Virus record (IMG/VR): IMGVR_UViG_3300028909_000018
Location: 32,001 to 96,000 of that record
Direction: 5' to 3' (one strand)
Source of the DNA: a virus
DNA: 64,000 bases
Part shown: in pieces, positions 47,264 to 56,611 of the stretch
Layout: the number at the start of each line of letters is the position of its first letter
Numbering within the stretch: the stretch's first letter is position 1
The notes under the pieces: generated by a model
What the model saw: only the letters and a program-made list of their open reading frames with translations
Database searches by the model: none
What the model was told of the DNA's origin: nothing
Made by a program: the position numbers and the translations under genes

Positions 47264-47707
47264 CTATTTTTGAACTTTTTTTCGGGGCCGGTGAGCAGGA
47301 GAATATTTCTTGACCATCTTAGATTCGCAACGTTCGAACATCACTTGGCTTTTACCGAATTTCATCCTCTTTTTTTCAACTTCGTATGCCACCAACTTTA
47401 TTGTCGTCGTTTTCGCCAGCATTTTTCTAACAATTGGGTTGAAAAATTTATAATATTGTCGAAGAGACTCAAACCCACAATAGTCAATACCACCACGAAA
47501 ATCTACTATTCCATCCTCTCGCGGCTCAGGCATACGATGAGGGTCTTTTGGATGAAAATTCCACGACCAGAAATTATATTTTCCTTCATTCTTATAAAAA
47601 AGAGGTTCGGTTATGTTTCTAAGTGGCCTTCCAAATTTATAGTTGTAGACGCCACTTCTCGTGGCGTCATCTTCCAGCCGCCAAACGATGACTTTTTCAT
47701 TTCCCAT
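47264..47707 (-). CDS. Hypothetical protein
   Basis: VWRLE...G.Y, CGF.S..Q and G.SQVMF motifs; start uncertain. Confidence 0.6.
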   Translation of the reverse strand: MGNEKVIVWRLEDDATRSGVYNYKFGRPLRNITEPLFYKNEGKYNFWSWNFHPKDPHRMPEPREDGIVDFRGGIDYCGFESLRQYYKFFNPIVRKMLAKTTTIKLVAYEVEKKRMKFGKSQVMFERCESKMVKKYSPAHRPRKKVQK

Positions 47708-47805
47708 GTTACACAACCCCATAATCAGTTTTAAACTTCTAACAGAATGTCCCTTAGAAGTCAATCCTAAAACGCAATAAATATGAAAAACAAGAGGATT
47801 CATGA

Positions 47806-48405
47806 ATGTATAAGTTTGAGCAACTTGCGAAAACGGCCAAGCTGAAAGGCTTCGACCTGAAGAAGGATGCGGAGGAAGCGCGGGAGTGGTTCCGACAGAA
47901 GGCCTATGGCACGAAGTATGTCAATCCAAAAGACTTTCAAAAAAATGCCACCGCCTTCCAGAATATCGAACAAATCAGCCCAAATTCTATCGGGAAACTG
48001 TACTTCTTCGCCTATGATCCAAAGCATAAGCTGACGCTAGAATACTATGACGTATTTCCACTTATCTTTCCAATTGAATTTTATAGTGATGGATTTCTCG
48101 GCATCAACCTCCATTACCTTCCTCCTTTCATGAGAGCGAAGTTGATGGATGCTCTTTATAAGACCATGAATAATGACAAGTATGATAAGACTTCCAAGCT
48201 GGTCATCACCTACCAGATTCTCAAGGCGGCGGGTCAGTTTAAATTATTCAAACCTTGTGTTCATCGATATCTCTTCGCCCACATCAGAAGTCCCTTCCAA
48301 TATGTTCCACCCACGGCTTGGGACTACGCCATCCTGTTGCCATTAAATAGATTTAAAAAGAAGTCTGCCGAGTATGTGTGGGCTGCTAGTTTATTAAAAA
48401 CTTAA
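47806..48405 (+). CDS. gp2: DNA end protector
   Basis: GKLYFF.YDPKHK..L.YYD.FPL, GINLHYLP and PC..RYL motifs. Confidence 0.95.
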   Translation: MYKFEQLAKTAKLKGFDLKKDAEEAREWFRQKAYGTKYVNPKDFQKNATAFQNIEQISPNSIGKLYFFAYDPKHKLTLEYYDVFPLIFPIEFYSDGFLGINLHYLPPFMRAKLMDALYKTMNNDKYDKTSKLVITYQILKAAGQFKLFKPCVHRYLFAHIRSPFQYVPPTAWDYAILLPLNRFKKKSAEYVWAASLLKT

Positions 48406-48414
48406 GGGAACGAT

Positions 48415-49035
48415 ATGGCATTTAATATCAACGATTTCATAACAAATATACAGCAGTACGGGGTATCCAGTAGCTCTAAATTTAATGTGAATATCACCCT
48501 ACCAAACATATTCAGTAATGCCAAGAATGGTGTCATTCTACAGTCGGAGTTGCCCCAACTTCTGGCTTTCAGAGCCGAGAGTGTGAATCTCCCCGTCGCC
48601 GCGCTTCTTTCGAACGAAACGGCGCGTTATGGCCTTGGACCATCGGTGAAGACGCCATATAACGCCGTCTTTGGCGACATCAAGATAACCTTCATCGCGG
48701 ATAAGAGTGGCACTATTTACACATTCTTTTATTCATGGATTAATTCGATTTATAACTTTTCTGAGACCAGCACCACATCAGGAACCTCGACGGGCGGCAG
48801 CACCACCAGCATCACGCTTCCTAGATATACGACGATGTATGACGACGATATTGTCGCACCTAATATCAGTATAAATATATATGACAACCTCGGAAACATC
48901 ATCCAGACGGTCTTCGTGACAAGAGCGAAGCCCATCATGTTCTCGGCGTCACCCCTAATATGGGAACAGACCAACAACTTATTTAAAATAACTGTAGGAT
49001 TCACCTTCAAAGAGTGGTCTTTGGCGGTTTCATAA
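48415..49035 (+). CDS. gp54: Baseplate tail tube initiator gp54 (gp19-like fold)
   Basis: ESV.LP, PY...F.DI..TF..D, F..W and V.FTF..W motifs. Confidence 0.8.
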   Translation: MAFNINDFITNIQQYGVSSSSKFNVNITLPNIFSNAKNGVILQSELPQLLAFRAESVNLPVAALLSNETARYGLGPSVKTPYNAVFGDIKITFIADKSGTIYTFFYSWINSIYNFSETSTTSGTSTGGSTTSITLPRYTTMYDDDIVAPNISINIYDNLGNIIQTVFVTRAKPIMFSASPLIWEQTNNLFKITVGFTFKEWSLAVS

Positions 49036-49044
49036 GGAAATGAA

Positions 49045-49749
49045 ATGATACCTAAAATTGTATATCCAATATTTTTTATTGACCAGCCTTCTACTAAAAA
49101 GAAACTAGCCTTCCGCCGATACCTCGTCAAGGAGGAAAAGATTCTCCTTCTCGCCAAGGAGAGTAAGGACATCAACGATATTCTCAGGGCTATCAAGGAC
49201 GTGGTGAATGTATGCTGTCAGGAAGAAGACTTCAACGTCAACGAGATTCCACTCTTCGATCTGGAATTTATATTTCTAAGGCTTCGCGCCGCCTCGGTCA
49301 ACAATATGGAAAATTTCGTAGTCAAAGATGTTGAAGATGGAAAGGAATATCCTCTTTCAATTAATTTTAATGATGTTGAGGTTCAATTCGATGAAAACGC
49401 CCCCGACAAGAATATCAAGGTGGACGATAAGACGGTTATGGTGATGCAATATCCGATGGCCTCGATCTACGACAACAAAGACTTCAAGGAACGTCTGGCA
49501 GCGGAAGGCCTGTTCGAATTAGTTGTAAATTGTGTTGATAAGGTGTTCAGTAACGACGAATATATCGAGATGTCACACTTGGAACTGCGGGATTTTATTG
49601 ACAGCCTCGACGTAAAGACCTTTCATAAAATTAAGGACTTCCTACTATCAACGCCATCAATTCGCCACTCTCTGAAATATATAAACAGTAATGGCAACGA
49701 AAAAATTCTGACCTTTAACTCACTTATGGATTTTTTTTTGTATCTCTAA
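49045..49749 (+). CDS. gp26: Baseplate hub assembly protein gp26
   Basis: PST...FR.YLVKEEKILL.A, FDLEFIFL.LRA.SV; ends L.DFF. Confidence 0.92.
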   Translation: MIPKIVYPIFFIDQPSTKKKLAFRRYLVKEEKILLLAKESKDINDILRAIKDVVNVCCQEEDFNVNEIPLFDLEFIFLRLRAASVNNMENFVVKDVEDGKEYPLSINFNDVEVQFDENAPDKNIKVDDKTVMVMQYPMASIYDNKDFKERLAAEGLFELVVNCVDKVFSNDEYIEMSHLELRDFIDSLDVKTFHKIKDFLLSTPSIRHSLKYINSNGNEKILTFNSLMDFFLYL

Positions 49750-49925
49750 TCCATAATACTCTAAGCGCGTATTATTCGACAAACTTTGCCCTGCGGCACC
49801 ATCACGGTTATTCTCTGGAAGAAATTGAAAATGAAATACCATTTGAAAGGACTTTAACCCTTCAAATGGTTTCCAAGACTATTCAACAGGCTGATGAAGC
49901 AAATAGACTCAATCAGTCTATGTAA
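49731..49925 (+). CDS. gp51: Baseplate hub assembly catalyst gp51 (no start codon; -1 frame of gp26)
   Basis: HNTLSAYYSTNFALRHHHGYSLEEIENEIPFER signature; absent from the ORF track. Confidence 0.85.
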   Translation, partial: FFFVSLIHNTLSAYYSTNFALRHHHGYSLEEIENEIPFERTLTLQMVSKTIQQADEANRLNQSM

Positions 49926-50120
49926 TCACTTCTTCTTGGTGAGAATCTTCTTGATCCAAGAAGTCTTGTCTCCACCTTCACGCTCCTGACCCGTCTTGTC
50001 GTCTGGTCTTATCGAGGCATGAATTGCGTTTGACTTCTTTTCGGGCTTCTTGTCGTTGCCAATATCCTTATCTGATTCGTGGATACTGGCGTGGATACAA
50101 TTTTTTGTATTGTCTGACAT
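49926..50120 (-). CDS. Small hydrophilic protein with duplicated IHASI motif
   Basis: GGAG RBS; internal repeat. Confidence 0.55.
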   Translation of the reverse strand: MSDNTKNCIHASIHESDKDIGNDKKPEKKSNAIHASIRPDDKTGQEREGGDKTSWIKKILTKKK

Positions 50121-50153
50121 TTTTATTCTCCTTTTTTGTGAGTTCTTAATATA

Positions 50154-50771
50154 TCATTCATATGTCGGTAAGTCAACATTAATCGCCTGATTAATGTCAC
50201 AACATAAAAATCTGGTGCCGTCGATGACTTCATTTCGAAAACTATGCCAATGACCGAAAATCCACAATTTAGGTTGGTGAATTTCGAGCATCGCCTGAAG
50301 CGCCTTTGACGTTCGGTTTGGATAATGGTGTTTGCTCGTCTCCACCGGAAACAATTTAAAATACATGTTTTCAGGGCAGTCGTGCGTCACCATCACTTGA
50401 GGCTTCAGTTCCTCATAACGAGAAATCATCCCATAAAGTTCCTGATAGGACAGTTCCTCATCTCCCCACCATGAGACACCGGGTGTGCGATTTTGCCAGT
50501 CGATGGAGAAGGCACCACCCATCAGGAACATCCGATGCTTGGGATCGTAGGTGCCATCAGGAATCCATCGCGACGAATTGCGACACGCATGGAGCGAGTC
50601 ATGATTACCACGGATGAATTTGTGATTCACGGAAATATCCTGCGGATCGGGAATCGGCACAAAACCAGCGCCAAAATCCCCCACCTGAATCGACTCATCA
50701 CAATCCTGAATAAGCTGCTCCCACGCCTTGGTATCGCCGTGGATATCACCAATAAACCTAATTTTTGACAT
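50154..50771 (-). CDS. Metallophosphoesterase
   Basis: GDIHG, VGDFG, GNHD, THDCP and FGHWH motifs. Confidence 0.92.
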   Translation of the reverse strand: MSKIRFIGDIHGDTKAWEQLIQDCDESIQVGDFGAGFVPIPDPQDISVNHKFIRGNHDSLHACRNSSRWIPDGTYDPKHRMFLMGGAFSIDWQNRTPGVSWWGDEELSYQELYGMISRYEELKPQVMVTHDCPENMYFKLFPVETSKHHYPNRTSKALQAMLEIHQPKLWIFGHWHSFRNEVIDGTRFLCCDINQAINVDLPTYE

Positions 50772-50781
50772 AAATAAATCC

Positions 50782-53700
50782 TTACTGTGGACCGTGGCCT
50801 ATACCACCGTAATTTGTGAACAGTTTTTTAATTCGTTCATCGGGTGGAGACACAGGACCGGCCTCATGCTTCTCCTTTTTGATATCCTTGGCACCATCTT
50901 TATCATGAGATTTTAGTTCTGTAAAGAGTTTTTGCATGGCGTCTTGAGGTTTCTCATTAGGTTTAGAGGCATCCTTGTTGATAGCCGTCTGATTAATCTG
51001 GGCTGCGTAGTTTATAAGGTCTGGCTTTTGAATCAATGAATCTAGGTCGGTGTCTTCTGACTTGTAGAAGTTAGAATCCATCAATTTACTTCCATCATAA
51101 CCGGCGTCACTTCGACCTTTCATGTTGTCCATTCTACTTCCATCATAACCGGCGTCTTTACGACCTCGCATGTTGTCCAGACTTCCATCATAAAAGGCGT
51201 CATCACGGCCTTTCATGTTGTCCATAGAATTAGGTCTTCCTCTTCCCAGCATCTTAGGATCGATTAACTTATGTTGCCATCTCTCGGCATTGGCCTTTAT
51301 TTCAATAGCTTCTTTTTCGTCATCGTCTCTTGGCTGAAGACCACCCGCTCTATTCTTCATTTCCATAATTCTGTTATTATCAAACATAGAATCATTACGA
51401 CCCATCATGCCTGCATCACTATCCCGAGAATTGAAACCGCCTAATCTTCCATGCATGTTAAAACGAGGATCATGATTTTCTTTCCATCTATTGGCATTGG
51501 CCTTTATTTCGGCAGCTTCTCTCTGATCGTCTGTTGGTTGAATACCCATACGGCCCATCATGCCTGCATCACCGGCCATAGGATTGGAACCACCAAATCT
51601 TCCATGCATGTCAGCATGAAGATCATGACCACGATTTCTCATCTGACCAAATCGTTTGTCGCCATCAAATCCTGAGTCGTCACGGCCCATCATGCCGTTG
51701 ACACCATCAGTATGTTGTTCAAGAACTTTACCTACAGAGTAGGCAATATTTTGAGCGGCAGCAACGATGGAAGGATGTGAAGCTTCGGCAGGAGTTTGAT
51801 CATAATGCTCAGGGTGTTCCTGTCGATATAATGGATTTTGATTTCCATTTAATGGATTACCCTGACTATCTCTTATTGGAGAATAATTCTTGCCTGCGGA
51901 TTCACCAAAACCATCCCTAGGAAGCCAATGAAGTCTTTCGTTTACTCCCATTTTTTCTCTTATATTATGAAATTGTTCAACAATACCCATTTCTCTTGCA
52001 CCTGTAGCAGGATTAATTCTATATCCCGCAATAGTTCCTGCATGGTCTAAATGAGCATGGCGTGTCCCCCCTCCCCCACCAGCATATTTGTCGGATTCCG
52101 ACCCATCTCTATTTAAATGTGTGGAAACAGGTGTTCCAATAGGCAAATCCTTATCGAAGGCATTTTCACCTTTTTTAAATGTCCATTGATGAACATTTGA
52201 TCCGTCTTGGCCCGACCCTTTTCTGACGCCAACACTTGCCATCGCCAAAGAAACACACTCATCATCCGTTATTAATCCTTTATCACGCATGGCCTTTACG
52301 TGGTCTAAGACCTGATCCGATGTCTTTAAATCGTTCACCCCACCACCAGAACCGCCACCAGATTCGTTTCCAATACTTCCCCCGCCCTTAAATCCGGGAG
52401 TACCCATACCCTGATCATAGTAATCTTGGGCTCTCTGCATATGTTTTTCAAATGCAGGAACACCGGGACCACCTTCTCTCATTCCTTCAAAATGTGTTTC
52501 CCAAGAATGTGCCGAACCTCTGGCGGTAGATTCATTCTTTATATGAGGAATTACATGTTTATACGTTGTTTCTAATTCATGATCCATAAATCCTTCATTG
52601 GCTTCATAACTGGAAGGATTTAACTTATGTTCCTTTGACCATTCAAGAAATGCAGTTCTACGTGGTCCTGTCCACTGTGCGTATCCATATCCCGATCCAG
52701 TTCCAGAATGACCAATTTCTTGTAGAGTTTTAAAATTACCACTTTCATAACCCATCACACCAACGGGACCAGTCGCCTGTTCTCTGGTCAGACCATATTT
52801 TTCCATCAGATGCTTTGTGAGTTTATCACCAATAGCGGCACCAGCACCACCAATATGACCACCACCACCAGAACCGCCGCCCGAACCTTGTGTTATTGTG
52901 TGATCACCACCACCAGAACCGCCGCCCGAACCTTGTGTTATTGTGTGATCACCACCAAGCTTTCTTCCAAGAATATCAGCCGCGCCTTGGTTTCTCTGAG
53001 CATCGACGGTCTGGCCGAATGTTGGTTGTGTTTGATCAGGAGACACAGAATCGACGCCTCCACCGACAGGAAGGGCTACTTGGCCGGTACTTCTCGTGGC
53101 GGCAATCTGCTGTTGTGGTGTCTGTATAATATCACCACTCTGAAGCGCCTTGATCTGGCTTTCCTTCTGGGCCTTGTCCTTACTCAGATCATCAATTTCT
53201 TTTTGAATCTCTTCCTTACGTTTATCGACGGCAGGATTATGCTTTCCGCTCTTGTCCATCTCATCAAGCTTCTGAACAATCTTCATGAGTGCTTCACGCT
53301 GTATTGCAAGATTAGAGTCGTCTTCCTTCACACCGGCCTGTAATTTCTGCGACTGAAGACTATTATAATAATCCTTTAGGTCTTTTGGACTGTCATTTTC
53401 ATGACCTCCACTCAAAGGAGTATGATTTTCTCCTTTGTTTCCCCAATTAAGAGCAGCAGCCAAACCTCCGCCTATCAGACCAGCAGCCAAACCTCCGCCC
53501 ATCAGACCTTCACTCAAAAATCCCTTAAGACTTCCTAGAAGTTTACTTCCCCATTGAACGGCCTTGATTTCCATCCCATCCTTGGCAAGGTCTCCAAAAC
53601 CCCCGCCGCCACCTGAACCTCCACCGCCACCGCCACCGCCAGAACCTCCACCACCCAAAACTAATCTTTCAAGCAGAGAGTTAGTTTTTCTGTTTTCGGT

Positions 53701-54012
53701 CAGCATGGAGTCAAGAAGAACACCATGGGTCACATTATGCTGATTTATTTGTTCAAAACCAAGTTCAAGCGTATTCACAACGTCTTCGTCGTCTGTACTA
53801 TTACTACTTTTCTTCCTACGTTCCTGACGAACTTCATCCTTCAGTTCTTTGATTTCTTCGTCGGCCTTCTTCTTGTAGCTAGAAACCAAATCTTGCAGCG
53901 CCATGATCTGTGGAAACGCCGCATGTGTGAGATATCTGGCGCTATCGGCCAATAAAGTTCTGAAGGTACTTTCTGCTGCTTGTTCTTGTTCTTGTTCTTG
54001 TTCTTGTGCCAT
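50782..54012 (-). CDS. Large virion (tape-measure/hub-like) protein with lysozyme and amidase-like domains
   Basis: Coiled coils, Gly-rich linkers, tail-lysozyme motif ESG...GYGYAQWTG.RR, ECVSL...HAG and C-terminal repeats; late promoter. Confidence 0.75.
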   Translation of the reverse strand: MAQEQEQEQEQAAESTFRTLLADSARYLTHAAFPQIMALQDLVSSYKKKADEEIKELKDEVRQERRKKSSNSTDDEDVVNTLELGFEQINQHNVTHGVLLDSMLTENRKTNSLLERLVLGGGGSGGGGGGGGSGGGGGFGDLAKDGMEIKAVQWGSKLLGSLKGFLSEGLMGGGLAAGLIGGGLAAALNWGNKGENHTPLSGGHENDSPKDLKDYYNSLQSQKLQAGVKEDDSNLAIQREALMKIVQKLDEMDKSGKHNPAVDKRKEEIQKEIDDLSKDKAQKESQIKALQSGDIIQTPQQQIAATRSTGQVALPVGGGVDSVSPDQTQPTFGQTVDAQRNQGAADILGRKLGGDHTITQGSGGGSGGGDHTITQGSGGGSGGGGHIGGAGAAIGDKLTKHLMEKYGLTREQATGPVGVMGYESGNFKTLQEIGHSGTGSGYGYAQWTGPRRTAFLEWSKEHKLNPSSYEANEGFMDHELETTYKHVIPHIKNESTARGSAHSWETHFEGMREGGPGVPAFEKHMQRAQDYYDQGMGTPGFKGGGSIGNESGGGSGGGVNDLKTSDQVLDHVKAMRDKGLITDDECVSLAMASVGVRKGSGQDGSNVHQWTFKKGENAFDKDLPIGTPVSTHLNRDGSESDKYAGGGGGTRHAHLDHAGTIAGYRINPATGAREMGIVEQFHNIREKMGVNERLHWLPRDGFGESAGKNYSPIRDSQGNPLNGNQNPLYRQEHPEHYDQTPAEASHPSIVAAAQNIAYSVGKVLEQHTDGVNGMMGRDDSGFDGDKRFGQMRNRGHDLHADMHGRFGGSNPMAGDAGMMGRMGIQPTDDQREAAEIKANANRWKENHDPRFNMHGRLGGFNSRDSDAGMMGRNDSMFDNNRIMEMKNRAGGLQPRDDDEKEAIEIKANAERWQHKLIDPKMLGRGRPNSMDNMKGRDDAFYDGSLDNMRGRKDAGYDGSRMDNMKGRSDAGYDGSKLMDSNFYKSEDTDLDSLIQKPDLINYAAQINQTAINKDASKPNEKPQDAMQKLFTELKSHDKDGAKDIKKEKHEAGPVSPPDERIKKLFTNYGGIGHGPQ
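51080..51225 (-). repeat. Degenerate tandem repeat encoding DNM.GR.DA.YDGS x3
   Basis: Visible in both DNA and protein. Confidence 0.8.
52861..52950 (-). repeat. Perfect 45-bp tandem duplication (DHTITQGSGGGSGGG)
   Basis: Two identical units. Confidence 0.9.
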
Positions 54013-54072
54013 GGAATCCCTGAAAAAAATAAATATCTGATACTTTTAATATTTATTCAAGGACCAAAGGCC

Positions 54073-54510
54073 ATGGAATATGATCCCGACGACTCGATTC
54101 AGTCGCAACTTTTAAAAGAAACTTGGTTCAAACAATGGCATCTCTTTGCGGCATGGTTATATCTCACCATCATAGCGTTTGATTTTTTGATAGCGCCTAT
54201 CACCAACGTCGTCATTCTGGCATACTTTAAATACCCCATCATCGCATGGGCTCCGATCACACTTCAAGGTGGTGGAATATTTCACATATCCATGTTGGCT
54301 GTTATTGGCGTGGCGACATGGGGCCAGAGTCGCCAGATGGTGGAGCAGATAAGGAACATGCCGGATTATTCTAACTTTGGTGGTGGTTACGGAGGCTATG
54401 GAGGCGGTTCACAGATGGAGCAGCAACCATCCCCCAATATGCCGCTAAACCCGCCAGTGGACCCTAAAACCGTGTTACAGGCACCACACCGAGGTATACC
54501 CAAAGGATAA
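54073..54510 (+). CDS. Membrane protein, 3TM-holin-like
   Basis: W..QW....AWLY..I..FDF..AP, W.PITLQGGG.FH.SM..V.GV..WG; late promoter. Confidence 0.65.
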   Translation: MEYDPDDSIQSQLLKETWFKQWHLFAAWLYLTIIAFDFLIAPITNVVILAYFKYPIIAWAPITLQGGGIFHISMLAVIGVATWGQSRQMVEQIRNMPDYSNFGGGYGGYGGGSQMEQQPSPNMPLNPPVDPKTVLQAPHRGIPKG

Positions 54511-54511
54511 T

Positions 54512-54545
54512 AAAAAGGGGAGCCGAAGCCCCCCTTTATCTTTTT
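54512..54545. terminator. Bidirectional terminator
   Basis: aaaaggggagccgaagccccccttt hairpin between convergent genes. Confidence 0.75.
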
Positions 54546-54567
54546 CGTAGGATGATTAGGTGTCAAA

Positions 54568-55536
54568 TTAAAAGGGGATGTCGTCCTCGACTGTATTCTT
54601 TTTCAGGCTGGAGAAAAATTCATCAGTCTGGTCAGATACAGATTCCTTCTGAATAGACGCAGAGGATTTTGGTTCCGCCGTGGCGAATGACCGAGCCGGT
54701 TCGGAAGCCGCCTGAGAAGAGGTAAGGTTCTTACCATTCCATAGGGCAGTATCAAAGCCAACAACGTCATCCAAACGCTTCTTCAGGTCGGCGTAAGGCT
54801 TGAAGTTCTTGGGTTCCAGATAGGATTTGATCGACCAAGTTTTATATTGCTCGTAAATCTTCTCTAGCTCTTCATCGGGAGCCAATGGTCCGGGAGGATC
54901 GAACGAAGAAGTATTATAGCTCCGTTGCATCCGACCGTCCTTACGCTCCGAAATAATTTCGATGCGAAAGTTGGCACCATCCCACAGGTCGAAAGGATTG
55001 ATCTTCTTCTTCCCGGCAAACTTCGGGAACATGACAGCCTCAATCTTATCCATCGCCCACTTGCCGAACTTGAACTTGACAACCCGACCGTTGTTTTCAG
55101 GATGCACACTATCTTCGATGACATAGAAGTTAGCGACATAATGAATCTTGCGGGATTGGTGCGTGGCCTGCTGACGGTTAGGATGGGTCTTGGCCACCTT
55201 GTCGTCATTCGCGCCGGGAACCGAGTTCCAAAGCTTCTTATTGAATTCCATGACAGGATCGGCACCCTCGTCCAATGTGAACAGGCAGTTTTCGATATAC
55301 CACTTAGAAGTGGTCTTGTCCTGAAACTCGTGGCTCCACCAACGGGCGAAATCCAGATCGTCTGGTGTGATACGGGGAAGGAAACGACCAACAGCAAACC
55401 CGTTGCCGTTCTTGTCTACACTAGGATACCATTCGTTTGGATCAGACTCAAATGTCTTCTTTTCCAGCTTGGTAACGTCTTCTTCTAGCTTCTTGAAACT
55501 CTCTTGACGATTTTTCTTTAGGTCTTTAAAACTCAA
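54568..55536 (-). CDS. gp32: Single-stranded DNA binding protein
   Basis: W.P.VDK.GNG.A..RFLP, WYIENC, NPFDLW.GANF and an acidic tail. Confidence 0.97.
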   Translation of the reverse strand: MSFKDLKKNRQESFKKLEEDVTKLEKKTFESDPNEWYPSVDKNGNGFAVGRFLPRITPDDLDFARWWSHEFQDKTTSKWYIENCLFTLDEGADPVMEFNKKLWNSVPGANDDKVAKTHPNRQQATHQSRKIHYVANFYVIEDSVHPENNGRVVKFKFGKWAMDKIEAVMFPKFAGKKKINPFDLWDGANFRIEIISERKDGRMQRSYNTSSFDPPGPLAPDEELEKIYEQYKTWSIKSYLEPKNFKPYADLKKRLDDVVGFDTALWNGKNLTSSQAASEPARSFATAEPKSSASIQKESVSDQTDEFFSSLKKNTVEDDIPF

Positions 55537-55634
55537 CTTATTTTCTCCTGTGATGTTGTGATCTTTGTGATGATGTGATCAGGGATTATCCCTACTTCTA
55601 TTTATCACATTTCTATCGAAAATACCAGCAAATT

Positions 55635-55910
55635 CTAAGCAAATCTGAAATTATTTTCGATAAACTTATATAGCCGATCTGGACAGTAATTAAATTCAAT
55701 TGACATCATATAGGCCTCATAGACAAGCTTTTGGAGTCTTCTAAATTCTGGTTCATAATCCACCATTTCTGATTCGAGCCTTATCCCTCTATCGGCACAT
55801 TCCTCTTCAAGGTCATCATCAGATAAATCTTCGAAGAAATCATATTTTCTATATTCTAGCTCATCGATAAGATCATCTAAATCATATTCTTTAAGAGGCC
55901 GATCACTCAT
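55635..55910 (-). CDS. Acidic hypothetical protein
   Basis: Repeated DDL..E...R motif. Confidence 0.65.
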   Translation of the reverse strand: MSDRPLKEYDLDDLIDELEYRKYDFFEDLSDDDLEEECADRGIRLESEMVDYEPEFRRLQKLVYEAYMMSIEFNYCPDRLYKFIENNFRFA

Positions 55911-56143
55911 TCGAAATCCTTTGGAAGCTTGGGAGTTTTCTTGATGAAGTTCATCTTCTCGGCCACGATGAAGAGCCTGCTCTTGAACTCGGGGTCTTTT
56001 TTGAGAATGGGAACTATCGTGTCTAATTCAATACCATCTTTCTCACAGATTGTCAAGATTGAATCTATGAAGTCGATGTTTTTTTCACAAAGGGCCTCCA
56101 CCTTGGCGCGGAAGGCCTCGATATCAAATTCGAACTTGTTCAA
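55907..56143 (-). CDS. gp33: Late transcription coactivator
   Basis: F...VE......ID.I...CE..GIE......A..MNFIKK..KLP; next to gp32. Confidence 0.8.
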   Translation of the reverse strand: MNKFEFDIEAFRAKVEALCEKNIDFIDSILTICEKDGIELDTIVPILKKDPEFKSRLFIVAEKMNFIKKTPKLPKDFE

Positions 56144-56502
56144 AACAATTCTTTCATGTTGGCGGCATATTCTCGGGCGAGAGTCAGCGCATCTTCATAG
56201 GAGTAAGTTGTAATTTGCTCTTCGTCGGTCAGGCGAGGAACGTAATCCCCACCGGCATGATCAATATCCTCCACGTAATATTTGACGCTCTTGGCGACGT
56301 TATAATCATTAGTATACGGATATTTACCGAACATACTGACTTCTAAACCGACGATAATCTTCTGCCTGACGACAGGTTCATAATAAATCTGTTCCGATAC
56401 CCACTCCACGTCACCAATTCTCTGTTTAATTTGCTTAGTTCTTCTATAGGAACGGGCCACATAGAAGACATGTCCTATGGCATATTTTGTTCTGATTTCC
56501 AT
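56140..56502 (-). CDS. Hypothetical protein
   Basis: MEIRTKY.IG start after an AGGA RBS. Confidence 0.65.
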   Translation of the reverse strand: MEIRTKYAIGHVFYVARSYRRTKQIKQRIGDVEWVSEQIYYEPVVRQKIIVGLEVSMFGKYPYTNDYNVAKSVKYYVEDIDHAGGDYVPRLTDEEQITTYSYEDALTLAREYAANMKELF

Positions 56503-56520
56503 GTAAATTTCCTTCAAAAT

Positions 56521-56602
56521 TGGCACCCTCGGCTGGATTCGAACCAGCGTTTGCAACTCCACTACAGATAACGGCTTAGAAGACCGAACTGGTTACGAGG
56601 GT
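56521..56602 (-). tRNA. D-armless tRNA-like RNA, anticodon TCT (Arg?)
   Basis: Acceptor ACCCTCG/CGAGGGT plus GCCA, canonical T arm, CTTCTAA loop, no D arm and a long extra arm. Confidence 0.75.
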
Positions 56603-56611
56603 ATTAAATAT

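Noticed and set aside
51080-52950. CRISPR array
   Set aside because: The repeats are in-frame coding repeats without unique spacers, and there are no cas genes.
56521-56602. Amber suppressor (CTA) and stop-codon recoding
   Set aside because: The 7-nt loop centres TCT. TAG terminates several genes normally and core genes are uninterrupted.
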